Assembly (NCBI GenBank): GCA_965662235.1
Contig: CBFIGY010000005.1
Location: forward strand, 32,001-96,000
Direction: 5' to 3'
DNA length: 64,000 nt
Source of the DNA: an uncultured bacterium
GTDB lineage: Bacteria > SAR324 > NAC60-12
The position numbers and the translations under genes were made by a program. Under the pieces are notes generated by a model that was not told the origin of the DNA, made no database searches, and was given only the letters and a program-made list of their open reading frames with translations. Positions 9,116-20,157 of the stretch are shown one piece after another (position 1 is the first letter of the stretch; every line of letters starts with the position of its first letter).

Positions 9116-10122
9116 GCATCATGGACTTGAGAACCCACTACCTGGGGATGGAGCTGAGTTCCCCTCTCGTTCCATCGGCGTCTCCGCTGACGGAGAAGCT
9201 CGACAACCTCTTGCGCCTAGAAGACGCTGGCGCCGGAGCCGTGGTTCTGCCCTCCTTGTTTGAGGAACAGCTGGCCCAGGAAGGACACTTCCTCGACCTT
9301 CACCTGAGTCACACCGCCGAAAGTCACGCCGAGGCAACAAGCTACTTTCCCAACCACCCGGAGCTGCAGGTGGGGCCTGAGGAGTACCTGGAGCTGATCA
9401 TGCGGGCCAAGCAGCGCTTGGGCATTCCGGTCATTGCCAGCCTCAACGGCGAGACCAACGGAGGCTGGACCCGGCTGGCCCAGGAAATTGAACAGGCAGG
9501 CGCCGACGCCTTGGAGCTCAACGTCTACTCCATTCCCACCGACTTCGACCGGAGTGCGGAGATGATTGAGCAGGCCCTGCAGAACATCGTCTGGACCGTC
9601 CGGGATCAGACACGGATTCCGCTGGCGGTCAAGCTGAGTCCGTTTTACACGAACTTTGGCCATGTCGCCCAACGCCTTGAAGGCGCCGGGGCTGACGCAT
9701 TGGTGCTCTTCAACCGCTTCTACCAGCCGGATGTCGACCTAGAGGAACTGACCCTCACCCCGAAGGTCGTCCTTTCCTCAGTTGAGGAGCACCGGCTTCC
9801 GTTGACGTGGATTGGGTTGCTGTATGGGAAGGTCAAAGTGGATTTTGCGGCGACCAGTGGCATTCATGGTCACGAGGATGTGCTCAAGCTGCTCATGGTG
9901 GGAGCCAAGGTGACCATGATGGCCTCGACCCTCTTCTGGAACGGAATCTCGCACCTGGAGCACGTGAAGCACGAGCTGGTGGAATGGATGAAACGTCACG
10001 AGTACGAGTCCGTTCAGCAGATGCAGGGGAGCCTCAGTCACCTTCACGGAGACAACCCGGCGGCGTTTGAGCGTTCGCAGTACATCAAGATGGTGACCAC
10101 GCGGCTTCCCATCCTGCATTAA
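9112..10122 (+). CDS. Dihydroorotate dehydrogenase-like FMN protein (NifJ-associated type)
   Basis: SASPL, LPSLFEEQ, ALELN, AVKLSP, LFNRFYQPD; GTGA overlap with nifJ (alternative ATG 9121). Confidence 0.88.
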   Translation: MSIMDLRTHYLGMELSSPLVPSASPLTEKLDNLLRLEDAGAGAVVLPSLFEEQLAQEGHFLDLHLSHTAESHAEATSYFPNHPELQVGPEEYLELIMRAKQRLGIPVIASLNGETNGGWTRLAQEIEQAGADALELNVYSIPTDFDRSAEMIEQALQNIVWTVRDQTRIPLAVKLSPFYTNFGHVAQRLEGAGADALVLFNRFYQPDVDLEELTLTPKVVLSSVEEHRLPLTWIGLLYGKVKVDFAATSGIHGHEDVLKLLMVGAKVTMMASTLFWNGISHLEHVKHELVEWMKRHEYESVQQMQGSLSHLHGDNPAAFERSQYIKMVTTRLPILH

Positions 10123-10126
10123 GGCG

Positions 10127-10885
10127 TCAGCCGCGCCCGATGAACGGCATGGTGGTGGCCATCAGGGTCATGAACTGGACATTCGCCTCCAGAGGCAGGT
10201 TGGCCATCAACACCACGCTGTCTGCCACATGCTGCACGTCCATCACCGGCTCCGGCTGACGGGTTCCGTTGGCTTGGGGCACCCCCTCCTTCATGCGCTG
10301 CGTCATCGGCGTTTCCGCATTCCCAATATCCAGCTGACTGCACGCAATCCGGTAGGGACGTCCATCCAGAGAGAGGCTCCGAGTGAGTCCGGTGATGGCG
10401 TGCTTGGTGGCGGTGTAAGGGGCCGAATTTGGACGGGGCACGTGCGCGGAGATGGAGCCGTTGTTGATGATCCGTCCTCCCTGAGGTTCCTGAGCCCGCA
10501 TCATCCGGAACGCCGCCTGAGCACAAAGGAACGCGCCGTTGAGGTTGATGTCCACCACACGCTTCCAGTCTTCAAACGTCAGTTCGTCAAACCCCACCGG
10601 GGGCGCCCCCACACCAGCATTGTTGAAGAGGACGTCCAGGCGCCCGTAAGTGGTCTGGATCTGCTGAAACAGATCCGCCACCGCTTCTGGATCCGCAACG
10701 TTGGTGGGAACGCTGTGCAGCGTGCCTCCGGAGGGGTGCCTTGCGGCAACGGTTTCCTGCAGCGCCTCTTCCCGTCGACCGGTCAGAAACACGTGGTAGC
10801 CTTCTTTCTGCAACGCCAGAGCGGCGGCGCGTCCAATTCCAGATCCGGCACCTGTTACCAGGGCCACTCGATGTTCAGGGGTCAT
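10127..10885 (-). CDS. Short-chain dehydrogenase/reductase
   Basis: [17 protein letters not shown] catalytic motif. Confidence 0.93.
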   Translation of the reverse strand: MTPEHRVALVTGAGSGIGRAAALALQKEGYHVFLTGRREEALQETVAARHPSGGTLHSVPTNVADPEAVADLFQQIQTTYGRLDVLFNNAGVGAPPVGFDELTFEDWKRVVDINLNGAFLCAQAAFRMMRAQEPQGGRIINNGSISAHVPRPNSAPYTATKHAITGLTRSLSLDGRPYRIACSQLDIGNAETPMTQRMKEGVPQANGTRQPEPVMDVQHVADSVVLMANLPLEANVQFMTLMATTMPFIGRG

Positions 10886-11126
10886 TTCCAGAGTTCACAA
10901 GAGGGTTGATCAATCAGTCCGGAGGCAGAATAAGGACTCTGGCGGGGAGGGCCAAGTTCAAAGTGACCGGCACATCGCGAGGCCCGATCCGTCCAGATGC
11001 TTCACGGAAGCCTAACACGCGGCGCCGCTGCCAAGAGAGGTTGGGAAGAAACCGGTAGCAATTAAATGCAACTCCTGCGGTTTTCTTAATAAAAGGCTAA
11101 CAGAGACGGCTTAAGGTGAGACGTGT

Positions 11127-11462
11127 TTGGTAATCCTCTGTCGGCCGCTGCCTGTGTCTCAGTACATCGAAATCAACCTCTCCGAACTCCTAGAGCTCTC
11201 TGAAGAGCTCGGAGCCACCAAGAAGTTGCAGGTGCTGCTCTTCTGCATGAAGTCCCTTCAGGACAACGGCGAGGTGCAGCTGCATGTCTCCCAAACCGCT
11301 GAAAGGCTGGGGTGCGCCCGGGAGCACGTGTCTCGGGTCCTCAGTGACCTTGAAGCCAAGGGCATTCTGGAACGCATCAATGGGCAAGGCGCCCCCGGGC
11401 GCAAGGGACGTCGCTTCCGCATGCGCAATGGGCTCGTCCGGGAATCGTTGATGATGTACTGA
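11127..11462 (+). CDS. Small winged-HTH protein with Crp-type recognition helix
   Basis: SQTAERLGCAREHVSRVLSDLEAKGIL; TTG start behind AAGGTG (alternative GTG 11154). Confidence 0.7.
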   Translation: MVILCRPLPVSQYIEINLSELLELSEELGATKKLQVLLFCMKSLQDNGEVQLHVSQTAERLGCAREHVSRVLSDLEAKGILERINGQGAPGRKGRRFRMRNGLVRESLMMY

Positions 11463-11632
11463 GCTTTTTTTACCTCCCCTCCTCTTCCCCCTTTTTCCCC
11501 TACTTCAGCAAGCCCTGTTCGCACGTGCACCAAAAATAGGGCTTGAAATGTGACTCAATTGAAATCAAATTCATCACCTTTCTGGTCCTTTTAAGGACAA
11601 ACCCCCCATAACTTTGAAAGGGAGAAAACGTG

Positions 11633-12658
11633 ATGAAGCAATGGACGAAGAGCTTGAGCGCCTTGGCCGGAGCCCTGTTGCTGGGAGCCTCGGCACAGGC
11701 AGCGGACCGTCTCACCCTCTACTGCAGTCCGCAGATTGAGTGGTGTGAGCTGATGGTCAACACCTTTGAGCAGCAAACCGGCATTCGGGTTTCCATGACC
11801 CGGATGAGTTCTGGAGAAACGCTGGCGAAGATCAAGGCCGAACGCTCCAATCCTAAAGGAGACGTCTGGTGGGGGGGAACGGGTGACCCGCACCTGCAGG
11901 CCGCTGAAGAAGGCCTGACGGAAGTCTACAACTCTCCCATGATGTCCCAACTCAACGGCTGGGCCGTGACGCCGCACAAAGCCACTGGGGGTCGAACGGT
12001 CGGCATCTACATGGGGGGCCTCGGATTTGGCTACAACAAGGAGCTGCTGAATCAGAAAAACCTTCCGGCGCCCAAGTGCTGGAAGGACCTGCTCAATCCG
12101 GCCTTCAAGGGGGAAGTGCAGATCGCCAACCCCAACACCTCCGGGACCTCGTACACGACGCTGGCCACCATGGTTCAGCTCTTTGGAGAGCAAGAGGGCT
12201 TCAACTTCATGAAGCAGCTCCACAGCAACGTGAGTCAGTACACCAAGTCGGGGTCAGCGCCCATCAAGGCGGCCGCCAAGGGTGAGACCACCGTGGGCAT
12301 CGTCTTCATGCATGACGCTGTCACGCAGGCTGTGAAGGGCATGCCGATCACAACGGTCGCACCATGTGAAGGCACCGGTTACGAGATCGGTTCCATGAGC
12401 ATCATCAAGGGAGCCCGGAACCTAGAGAGCGCCAAGAAGTTCTACGACTTCGCTCTCTCTGCAGACGTCCAGAGCATGGCGGCTTCGGTGGGAGCCTATC
12501 AGGTGCCCTCGAACAAGAATGCCACGGTGCCCAGCGAAGCACCGGACCTGGATTCGGTGAAGGTCATTGACTACGACCACGCCAAGTACGGTTCCAAGGA
12601 TGAACGCTCCCGCTTGCTGTCCAAGTGGGACAATGAGGTCTCGACACTGCCCCGGTGA
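11633..12658 (+). CDS. afuA: AfuA-like ABC substrate-binding protein (sugar-phosphate/Fe3+ family)
   Basis: Signal peptide; LYCS, DVWWGGT, KCWKDL, QYTKSG, PCEGTGYE, KGARNL motifs; GGAG RBS. Confidence 0.8.
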   Translation: MKQWTKSLSALAGALLLGASAQAADRLTLYCSPQIEWCELMVNTFEQQTGIRVSMTRMSSGETLAKIKAERSNPKGDVWWGGTGDPHLQAAEEGLTEVYNSPMMSQLNGWAVTPHKATGGRTVGIYMGGLGFGYNKELLNQKNLPAPKCWKDLLNPAFKGEVQIANPNTSGTSYTTLATMVQLFGEQEGFNFMKQLHSNVSQYTKSGSAPIKAAAKGETTVGIVFMHDAVTQAVKGMPITTVAPCEGTGYEIGSMSIIKGARNLESAKKFYDFALSADVQSMAASVGAYQVPSNKNATVPSEAPDLDSVKVIDYDHAKYGSKDERSRLLSKWDNEVSTLPR

Positions 12659-14919
12659 CCTCTTCCCGTGCCAGCGCCTCCCTACGGACTCGTGGAGCAG
12701 GAGGCGCCTCTCTTTTTCGCAACACCCTCCTCTTTTGGTTAGGCCTGGGCTGGTTTGGGGCACTGGTGCTGCCCTGGTACCAGGCCTACGACGGCTTCTG
12801 GAGCTTCATCTGGGTCAACGATGGTTGGCCCTGGGATGAGGAATACGCTCCAGGCATCCTCCAGGTCTTCTGGTTTGAGCGAGGGTGGCTGGCGCCGCTG
12901 CTGGTGCTGATGCTCCTGCCGTTTGGCGTCCTCTCGCGTCCACGAACCGATCCGCTGGTCTCCAAGCTATTGCTCTTTTGTGGCGGGTCCGGCCTGTTTT
13001 GGCTCTTCCTCCAAGGCTTCACCATTGGCCTCCGGGGATGGAACGGGGACTGGCTGCAGGCATGGCTCAGCAGCACCGGACCGTCTCAGGAAGGAATGGG
13101 CTACGGCGCCTTACTTGTGGCCGGATGCTTCCTGTTTCTGTTCACACAGGGCTGGTCGCTGAGGGGAGGCATTCAGGGGGATGGCTTTGTCACCGGCACC
13201 ATCGGTCTCAACCTGCTGCTCGTTGCGCTGTTCATTTTCTATCCGGTTGCACGCATCCTCTTCAATGCCCTCTTGGATGAAAACGACCAGCTCTCCCTCC
13301 TCGTTTTCTTCAGCAAACTAACGTCTCCACGCATCTGGCAGTTGAGCTGCCTTTACTCGGACCTGCGGTGTGGCGTCGCCTGGAACTCGCTGTGGCTCGC
13401 CGTGCTGGTGGGCGCCACCACAACGGTGCTGGGGCTCGCGTTTGCGCTGCTGGTGACCCGGACCGGAGTACAGGGCAAGAAGGCCATTCGAGCAGTGACC
13501 CTGCTCCCGATCATCACCCCGCCGTTTGTGATCGGCCTGGCCATCATTCTTCTCTTCGGACGCGCCGGCGCCTTCAACAGCTTCCTGTTCTGGGCCTTTG
13601 ACATTCCTCCCAGCCGCTGGGTTTATGGACTCCCTGGGGTGTGGTTTGCGCAAACCATGGCCTTTACCCCCATCGCTTTCATGGTCCTCATTGGCGTGGT
13701 CGAAGGCGTGAGCCCCTCCATGGAGGAAGCTGCCCAGACGCTCCGGGCCAGCAAGTGGGAAACCTTCCGGACGGTCTCTCTACCGCTCATGCGCCCAGGC
13801 ATTGCGAATGCTTTTTTGCTGGGCTTCATTGAGAGCCTTGCCGACTTTGGCAATCCCTTGGTGCTAGGAGGCAGCTACGAGGTCCTTTCCACCCAGATCT
13901 TCTTTGCCATCGCAGGCGCCCAGAGCGACCAGGGCATGGCTGCCGTCTTGGCGTTGGTGCTCCTAGGGTTCACTCTGACCACCTTCTGGATTCAGCGTCG
14001 CTGGTTGGGACAAAAATCGTACGTCAGTGTGACGGGAAAGGGAGACGCTGGTGTACCCGTGCAGCTGCCGCAGCGCGTGCTGTGGGGAATTGGTGCCATC
14101 GCCGTCCCGTTTGTCATCCTCAGCGTCACCCTTTACGGGATGATCCTCTTCGGCGGCTTCGTCGAAACGTGGGGCTACAAGCACAACTTCACCCTGAAGC
14201 ACTACACGGACGCTTTTGCGCTTGGGTGGTCAGACGAGTACGGCGTGATGTGGCTGGGCGCCGCGTGGAACTCCTTCTGGACCACGTTGCAGATTTCCGG
14301 AATCTCGGCGCCTCTGACTGCAGGACTGGGACTCCTGACCGCTTGGTTGCTCACCCGACAGCGCTTCGCCGGGAAGGACGTCTTTGAGTTTGTCACCATG
14401 CTGAGCTTTGCCATTCCCGGCACCATCATCGGCATCGGCTACATCCTCGCCTTCAACGTCCCTCCTGTGGAAATCACCGGGACCGGCGTCATTCTGGTGG
14501 TGTGCTTCATCTTCCGGAACATGCCCACCGGCATCCGGGCCGGAGTCGCTTCCATGGCTCAGCTTGACCCAAGCCTAGATGAAGCCTCCCTGACCCTGGG
14601 GGCTCCTTCTGGAACCACACTGCGGAAGATCCTGCTGCCCCTGCTGCGTCCGGCCCTCATTGCCGCCCTTGTCTTCAGCTTTGTCCGCGCCATGACCGCC
14701 ATTAGCGCCGTCATCTTCTTGGTGAGCGCCGACTACGACATGGCAACGTCTTACATCCTAGGGCGGGTGGAGAATGCAGATTACGGCCTCGCCATTGCCT
14801 ACTCGTCCGTCCTGATCGTTGTGATGCTGCTGGTGATTGCACTGATCCAGGTCGCCGTGGGCAAGCGTCAGCTGGGACGCCGACACTCAGAAACCGTCAA
14901 CTTAGGAGGAGCAGGATGA
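12655..14919 (+). CDS. afuB: AfuB/FbpB-like ABC permease (duplicated TM domain)
   Basis: 754 aa, two EAA loops ([21 protein letters not shown]), LPIITPPFV. Confidence 0.85.
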   Translation: MTSSRASASLRTRGAGGASLFRNTLLFWLGLGWFGALVLPWYQAYDGFWSFIWVNDGWPWDEEYAPGILQVFWFERGWLAPLLVLMLLPFGVLSRPRTDPLVSKLLLFCGGSGLFWLFLQGFTIGLRGWNGDWLQAWLSSTGPSQEGMGYGALLVAGCFLFLFTQGWSLRGGIQGDGFVTGTIGLNLLLVALFIFYPVARILFNALLDENDQLSLLVFFSKLTSPRIWQLSCLYSDLRCGVAWNSLWLAVLVGATTTVLGLAFALLVTRTGVQGKKAIRAVTLLPIITPPFVIGLAIILLFGRAGAFNSFLFWAFDIPPSRWVYGLPGVWFAQTMAFTPIAFMVLIGVVEGVSPSMEEAAQTLRASKWETFRTVSLPLMRPGIANAFLLGFIESLADFGNPLVLGGSYEVLSTQIFFAIAGAQSDQGMAAVLALVLLGFTLTTFWIQRRWLGQKSYVSVTGKGDAGVPVQLPQRVLWGIGAIAVPFVILSVTLYGMILFGGFVETWGYKHNFTLKHYTDAFALGWSDEYGVMWLGAAWNSFWTTLQISGISAPLTAGLGLLTAWLLTRQRFAGKDVFEFVTMLSFAIPGTIIGIGYILAFNVPPVEITGTGVILVVCFIFRNMPTGIRAGVASMAQLDPSLDEASLTLGAPSGTTLRKILLPLLRPALIAALVFSFVRAMTAISAVIFLVSADYDMATSYILGRVENADYGLAIAYSSVLIVVMLLVIALIQVAVGKRQLGRRHSETVNLGGAG

Positions 14920-15974
14920 CCTCATCGGGCACTGCCGTTGAGTTTCAAAACGTGACCAAGGCCTTCGGTACCGTTCAGGCGGTCCGGAATGTGAGCTTTC
15001 AGATCCAAAGTGGTGAGCTGGTCACCCTGCTGGGCCCTTCCGGGTGCGGGAAGACCACCACGCTGCGGATGATTGCCGGCCTGGAAATGGCCACGTCCGG
15101 AAGCATCTTCATCGGTGGCCGAGACGTCACGCGCCTGCCGGCGACCGACCGGGATGTCAGCATGGTCTTCCAGTCCTATGCGCTCTTTCCACACATGTCG
15201 GTCATTCAAAACGTGGGCTACGGCCTCACCATGTCGAAGCTGCCCAAGCATGAAGTCGAGGAACGGGCGCAGGCTGGGCTGAAGCTGGTGGGCCTTTCCG
15301 GATACGAAAAACGCCTGCCCAGCGAACTCTCCGGAGGACAGCAGCAGCGTGTGGCCGTCGCCCGAGCGCTTGTGCTGGAGCCGGAGGTGTTGCTGTTTGA
15401 CGAGCCCCTTTCCAACCTTGATGCCAAGCTCCGACGGCATGTGCGTGAAGAGATCCGGGACCTGCAGCAGGAGCTGAACCTAACCGTGGTGTACGTGACA
15501 CACGACCAGGAAGAGGCCCTTGCCGTGTCTGACCGGATCATTGTGATGAAGGAAGCCGTCATTGCCCAAAAGGGAACCCCACATGAGCTCTATGAGACCC
15601 CTAAGAGCCGGTTTGTCGCCGATTTTATTGGCGATGCCAACCTGGTCACCGGGACCCTGCAGGCGATCTCTCCAGACACAGGAACCGTCATGCTGGAGGA
15701 CCTCACGCTGGAGCTGCCGCATCAGGGACTTGCTCCGGGTTCAGTAACGGTCGCAATCCGTCCAGAAGCAATCTTACTCAAACCACAGACGGAAGCCGGC
15801 ATTCACGGCGTGATCCGGAAGGCCACCTACCTTGGGGGACACATGGACTACACCGTTGAGACGTCGCTGGGGGAGCTGTTTGTCATGGACGCTGTCATGG
15901 ACGCGGTGCATGAGGCAGGCGACGAGGTGCACCTTCAGCTGAAGCGTCGGGGAGTGAGCCTGGTGAACGACTGA
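14916..15974 (+). CDS. afuC: AfuC/FbpC-like ABC ATPase
   Basis: [26 protein letters not shown]-terminal TOBE-like region. Confidence 0.9.
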   Translation: MTSSGTAVEFQNVTKAFGTVQAVRNVSFQIQSGELVTLLGPSGCGKTTTLRMIAGLEMATSGSIFIGGRDVTRLPATDRDVSMVFQSYALFPHMSVIQNVGYGLTMSKLPKHEVEERAQAGLKLVGLSGYEKRLPSELSGGQQQRVAVARALVLEPEVLLFDEPLSNLDAKLRRHVREEIRDLQQELNLTVVYVTHDQEEALAVSDRIIVMKEAVIAQKGTPHELYETPKSRFVADFIGDANLVTGTLQAISPDTGTVMLEDLTLELPHQGLAPGSVTVAIRPEAILLKPQTEAGIHGVIRKATYLGGHMDYTVETSLGELFVMDAVMDAVHEAGDEVHLQLKRRGVSLVND

Positions 15975-15980
15975 GGGACC

Positions 15981-17033
15981 ATGGCACTTGAATCCCTCAT
16001 TCTCCTGAGCAGCGGCCTCTTCCTTGGCTGGTCCCTTGGGGCCAATGATGCCGCGAACGTCTTTGGCACCGCGGTAGGCAGCCGCATGATCCGCTTTGGC
16101 ACCGCCGCGGTCATCTGCAGCGTCTTTGTGGTGCTGGGGGCGGTTTTCAGCGGAGAAGGCGTGGTCCGGAACCTCGGCACCTTGGGGTCGGTGAATGCCC
16201 TGGGAGGAGCCTTCATGGTGGCGCTGGCGTCAGCCGTCACGGTCTTCTCCATGATCCGGACTGGCATTCAGGTTTCCACCACGCAGGCGCTGATTGGCGC
16301 CATTGTTGGATGGAACCAGTTTGCAGGTCAACCCACAGACTCCACCATGCTGCTGAAGGTGGTGGCCACTTGGGGCGCCAGTCCGCTGCTGGCGGGATGC
16401 TTTGCAGCAGGACTGATGCTGGTCGCTCGGGCTTGGGTCCGGCACTACCCGATTGGCCTGATCCGACTCGACGCCTACACCCGGGTCGCCCTCCTGCTTT
16501 CCGGAGCCATTGGCGCCTACAGCTTGGGCGCAAACAACATCGCCAACGTCGTTGGGGTGTTTCTGCCGACTCAGCCCTTTTCGGAAGTCACATGGGGTGA
16601 CACAACGCTCTCGGCGCTCGACCTGCTGTTGCTGGTGGGGGGAGGAGCCATTGCGACCGGTGTCCTGACCTACTCCCGGCAGACGATGCAGCTCATTGGC
16701 CGTGGCGTGGCCAGTCTCTCGCCACTGGCGGCGTGGGTGTGCGTCAGTGCGCATTCGCTCGTCCTCCTCCTCTTTGCCTCCACCAGCCTCAAGCAGTGGC
16801 TCATTGCCCACGACCTCCCTTCTTTGCCACTGGTGCCGGTTTCTAGCTCTCAGGCCATTCTAGGGGCGATTCTGGGGGTGGGGCTGCTCCGTGGAGGACG
16901 CGAGGTGCACTGGGGGACGGTGGGACGGGTCGTGATGGGCTGGTTCCTCACCCCCCTGGCGGCGGGTCTGCTGTGCTTCCTGGGGCTCTACTTCCTCCAG
17001 AACGTGTTTTCCATTCCGGTGGTCGCTTCCTGA
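15981..17033 (+). CDS. pit: Inorganic phosphate transporter, PiT family
   Basis: GANDAAN and GANNIAN signature repeats, VSTTQA/PVSSSQA. Confidence 0.9.
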   Translation: MALESLILLSSGLFLGWSLGANDAANVFGTAVGSRMIRFGTAAVICSVFVVLGAVFSGEGVVRNLGTLGSVNALGGAFMVALASAVTVFSMIRTGIQVSTTQALIGAIVGWNQFAGQPTDSTMLLKVVATWGASPLLAGCFAAGLMLVARAWVRHYPIGLIRLDAYTRVALLLSGAIGAYSLGANNIANVVGVFLPTQPFSEVTWGDTTLSALDLLLLVGGGAIATGVLTYSRQTMQLIGRGVASLSPLAAWVCVSAHSLVLLLFASTSLKQWLIAHDLPSLPLVPVSSSQAILGAILGVGLLRGGREVHWGTVGRVVMGWFLTPLAAGLLCFLGLYFLQNVFSIPVVAS

Positions 17034-17036
17034 ACC

Positions 17037-17690
17037 TCAGGCGAGCCGCTTGGTCGCCACCAGCAGCGCTTCATCCGCAACATCCTCTGCCAGATCCGAA
17101 ATTCCTCCCAGCCGCTGCAGGAAGGATTTGTACTGAAACTGCCGGGCGAGTTCCAGAGACCCATCCTCAAACACGCGTTGCAGGAGGTCCTGCTCCACCC
17201 GGTCCACCTCGCTTTCCTGCCGCGCCACCTCTTCGGCATGACGACGAACGGAACGGAGGTCGGAGAAGAGCGCATCAATGGTGGCGCTGAGGGCCTGGAT
17301 GCTGGCGTGGGTTTTTTGCAGGAGGCTCAGGAGCGGAGCCTGAAAGTCCAGGGGCAGGGGCGGACGCTCCAAGAGGAGCTCTTTTAAGGAGTGGCGGCAC
17401 TGTCCGGGAATGCGGTCCAGCTTGGTCAGCAATCGGAGGACATCATCCCGGGAATCCGGCATCAGGGCTTCACGCAGCAGCAGCTGCTGGATCTTGCGCT
17501 GCAGCTCATCCAGCTCCGCTTCCAGGCGGTCCACTTCCTGAGCGCGCCGCTGGCAGGACTCGAGCTGCCCCGCCAGGTAATCCGCCATCGCCTCCCGGTA
17601 GTGCAGCGCTAGGTCTTCCAGGCTCCGGAGGAGGCGCTGCAGCAGGTCTTCCACGTGTCGCTGCTTCCGGAAGAGAGAAAACGCCTGCAT
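17037..17690 (-). CDS. DUF47 / PhoU-like phosphate transport regulator
   Basis: Helical repeat with E..LDEL, MPDSRDD, ESEVD, ISDLAEDVAD; start at ATG 17690 right after the phnE stop. Confidence 0.85.
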   Translation of the reverse strand: MQAFSLFRKQRHVEDLLQRLLRSLEDLALHYREAMADYLAGQLESCQRRAQEVDRLEAELDELQRKIQQLLLREALMPDSRDDVLRLLTKLDRIPGQCRHSLKELLLERPPLPLDFQAPLLSLLQKTHASIQALSATIDALFSDLRSVRRHAEEVARQESEVDRVEQDLLQRVFEDGSLELARQFQYKSFLQRLGGISDLAEDVADEALLVATKRLA

Positions 17691-17692
17691 GG

Positions 17693-18508
17693 TCAGATGA
17701 TCGCGTGACGGGCCTTGGCGGAGAGCCACTCGCTCAGCACCACCGTGAAGAGAATGGCGATCAGGATCAAGGTGACCTGAGGCCAGGCAAGGACGTTCAG
17801 AGAGGCCTGAAGCTGAAGGCCAATGCCTCCGGCGCCCACCAAGCCAAGCACCGTTGACTCCCGGATGTTGATGTCCCACCGGAACACGGAGACACCGACA
17901 AAGGTCGGGAGGATCTGCGGGACAATGCCAAAGGCGATCACCTGCGAGCGGCTTGCCCCCGTTGAGGTAATTGCTTCCACCTGCGACTCGTCGATTTCCT
18001 CAATCGCCTCATACAGCAGCTTTGCCACAAAGCCAATGGAACGCAGGGCAATGGCGATGATCCCTGCCAGCACTCCGGGCCCCAAGATCGACACCAGCAG
18101 CAGCGACCAGATCAAGGAGTTGATCGACCGGGACGAGACAATGATCAGCAGTGCAACCGGCCGGAGCAGCGTGGGACTAGGAGAGGTGTTGCGGGCGGCC
18201 AGAAACGCCACAGGCACGGCCAACACCAACGACAGCAGGGTTCCCAGCGTTGCAATGTTCAGGGTGTCCCAGAGCGGCTCCCAAAGCTGATCCAGGTAGC
18301 TCCAGCGAGGAGGCAGCATCCGGGAACCAATGTCAGCGGCAATGTTCGGCGCATCCAAAACAAAGAACCACTCGGTTTTTTCCGAAACCAGCTGCCAGCA
18401 CCAGAGGAACAGCAGGGTTCCAAAGAACCACAGGGCCCAGCTGGTGAGTTGCTCGTTGCGGTTACGGTGCTTCCACTTCTTGGTTGTTCCAGACAGTTCA
18501 ACAGGCAT
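17693..18508 (-). CDS. phnE: Phosphonate/phosphate-ester ABC permease
   Basis: [30 protein letters not shown]. Confidence 0.92.
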   Translation of the reverse strand: MPVELSGTTKKWKHRNRNEQLTSWALWFFGTLLFLWCWQLVSEKTEWFFVLDAPNIAADIGSRMLPPRWSYLDQLWEPLWDTLNIATLGTLLSLVLAVPVAFLAARNTSPSPTLLRPVALLIIVSSRSINSLIWSLLLVSILGPGVLAGIIAIALRSIGFVAKLLYEAIEEIDESQVEAITSTGASRSQVIAFGIVPQILPTFVGVSVFRWDINIRESTVLGLVGAGGIGLQLQASLNVLAWPQVTLILIAILFTVVLSEWLSAKARHAII

Positions 18509-19302
18509 TACTGCACTCGCTTGCGAATGGCACTGGAAGTATATTCCGCAAACATCACAATGCCGATGATCAAAATGAGAATGGCGGCGGCCGTGTCAAA
18601 TTCGTAGCGGTCAAAGGCGGTGTTGAGGGTCGCGCCAATGCCTCCGGCACCGACCAGCCCAACCACCGCTGATTCCCGGAAGTTGATGTCCAAGCGGTAC
18701 AGCGAAAGACCGATGAAGCGTGGCATGATCTGGGGCTGGATGCCATAGTTCAGCCACTGCCACCAGCGCGCCCCCGTGGAGCGGATGGCCTCCGCCTGAC
18801 TTGCCTCAATGTTCTCAATCGCCTCTGCCAGCAGCTTTGCCAGGAAGCCAATGGTTGCAAAGGAAATCGTCAGCACCCCAGCGAAAGGACCAAACCCGAA
18901 GATCGCGACAAACAGAATGGCGATGATCACCTCCTGAAAGGTCCGGGACAGCGTGATGATCGCTCGGCAGAACAGGTAGATGGGGAGCGGAGCTAGGTTC
19001 CGGGAGGCGCCCAAGGCGATCGGCACAGAGATGACAATCCCAATGCCGGTTGACACCACCGTCATCACAAGGCTTTCCAGCAGCCCCTCAGAGATGTCTT
19101 GCCAGCGTCCGGAGAAGTTGGGCTGCGCAAAGGCCGTCACAAACTTGGCTCCGCGGTCCAGGCCCTCATAAACCCGGGTCCAGTTGACTTCCACGGAACC
19201 AACGGCCAAGACAAGGTAGACAACGGTTCCGAGGATCAAGCCCCAGCGAAGGGTGGCATTCTCAATCAGTGGTTTGCGGGTCCAGGAGCGCGAAGGGGTC
19301 AC
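18508..19302 (-). CDS. phnE: Phosphonate/phosphate-ester ABC permease
   Basis: [30 protein letters not shown]. Confidence 0.92.
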   Translation of the reverse strand: MTPSRSWTRKPLIENATLRWGLILGTVVYLVLAVGSVEVNWTRVYEGLDRGAKFVTAFAQPNFSGRWQDISEGLLESLVMTVVSTGIGIVISVPIALGASRNLAPLPIYLFCRAIITLSRTFQEVIIAILFVAIFGFGPFAGVLTISFATIGFLAKLLAEAIENIEASQAEAIRSTGARWWQWLNYGIQPQIMPRFIGLSLYRLDINFRESAVVGLVGAGGIGATLNTAFDRYEFDTAAAILILIIGIVMFAEYTSSAIRKRVQ

Positions 19303-20111
19303 AGCTGATCCTCCAGGTCGTTAGGGTCCGTGGAAGAAGCCGCCTCTGCGTTCTTCTTGCGGACCGCCGTCCAGTCTTCCTCCCCATAAATCTGAGTGAG
19401 GACATCGGGAACCAGTCCATCCGGGGTTCCATCGTAAACCACCGCGCCCGCCTGGAGCCCCACAATGCGCTCTGAAAACATCTGGGCCAGCGCAACATCA
19501 TGGATGTTGATGATGGCCGCCAGCTGACGTTCCGTGCACAGCTCGGTGATCAGACGCATGATCTGCCGCGAGGTTTTGGGGTCGAGGCTTGCTGTCGGCT
19601 CATCCACCAGCAGCAGCTCCGGATTCTGAATCAGGGCCCGGGCAATGCCCACCCGCTGCCGCTGCCCGCCCGAGAGTTCATCGGCGCGTTTGTCGGCCAT
19701 GTGGTCCAGTCCCACGCGTTCCAGCAGTGAAAAGGCGGTGTCCACATCGCTCTGCGGGAAGCGCCGGAAGTAGCTGCTCCAGAAGCCAATGTACCCCAGG
19801 CGTCCGGAGAGGACATTTTCCATCACACTCAGGCGCTCCACCAGCGCGTACTCCTGGAAGATCATCCCAATGCGGCGACGCGCCTTCCGGAGGCCGTTTC
19901 CACGTAGCTTCGTCAGATCCACCCCTTGAAGCAGGACGGCTCCGGAGGTGGGCTCCACCAGCCGGTTGATGCAACGGATCAGTGTCGACTTCCCGGCGCC
20001 CGAAGGGCCGATGAGCGCCAGCACCTGACCCGCTGGCACCGTCAGGTCCACCCCCTTGAGGGCCTGGTCTCCGGTTCGGTACCGTTTGACCAGTTGTTTC
20101 AGTTCAAGCAT
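19299..20111 (-). CDS. phnC: Phosphonate ABC ATPase
   Basis: [34 protein letters not shown]. Confidence 0.93.
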   Translation of the reverse strand: MLELKQLVKRYRTGDQALKGVDLTVPAGQVLALIGPSGAGKSTLIRCINRLVEPTSGAVLLQGVDLTKLRGNGLRKARRRIGMIFQEYALVERLSVMENVLSGRLGYIGFWSSYFRRFPQSDVDTAFSLLERVGLDHMADKRADELSGGQRQRVGIARALIQNPELLLVDEPTASLDPKTSRQIMRLITELCTERQLAAIINIHDVALAQMFSERIVGLQAGAVVYDGTPDGLVPDVLTQIYGEEDWTAVRKKNAEAASSTDPNDLEDQL

Positions 20112-20157
20112 GAAGAATTGAGGAGGTCGTCCGCCCGAAGACGGACGCTTTTAGGGT

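Noticed and set aside
1..10000. Apparent frequency of CTAG
   Set aside because: About 11 counted in 10 kb, below the ~35 expected from composition, so it is not enriched
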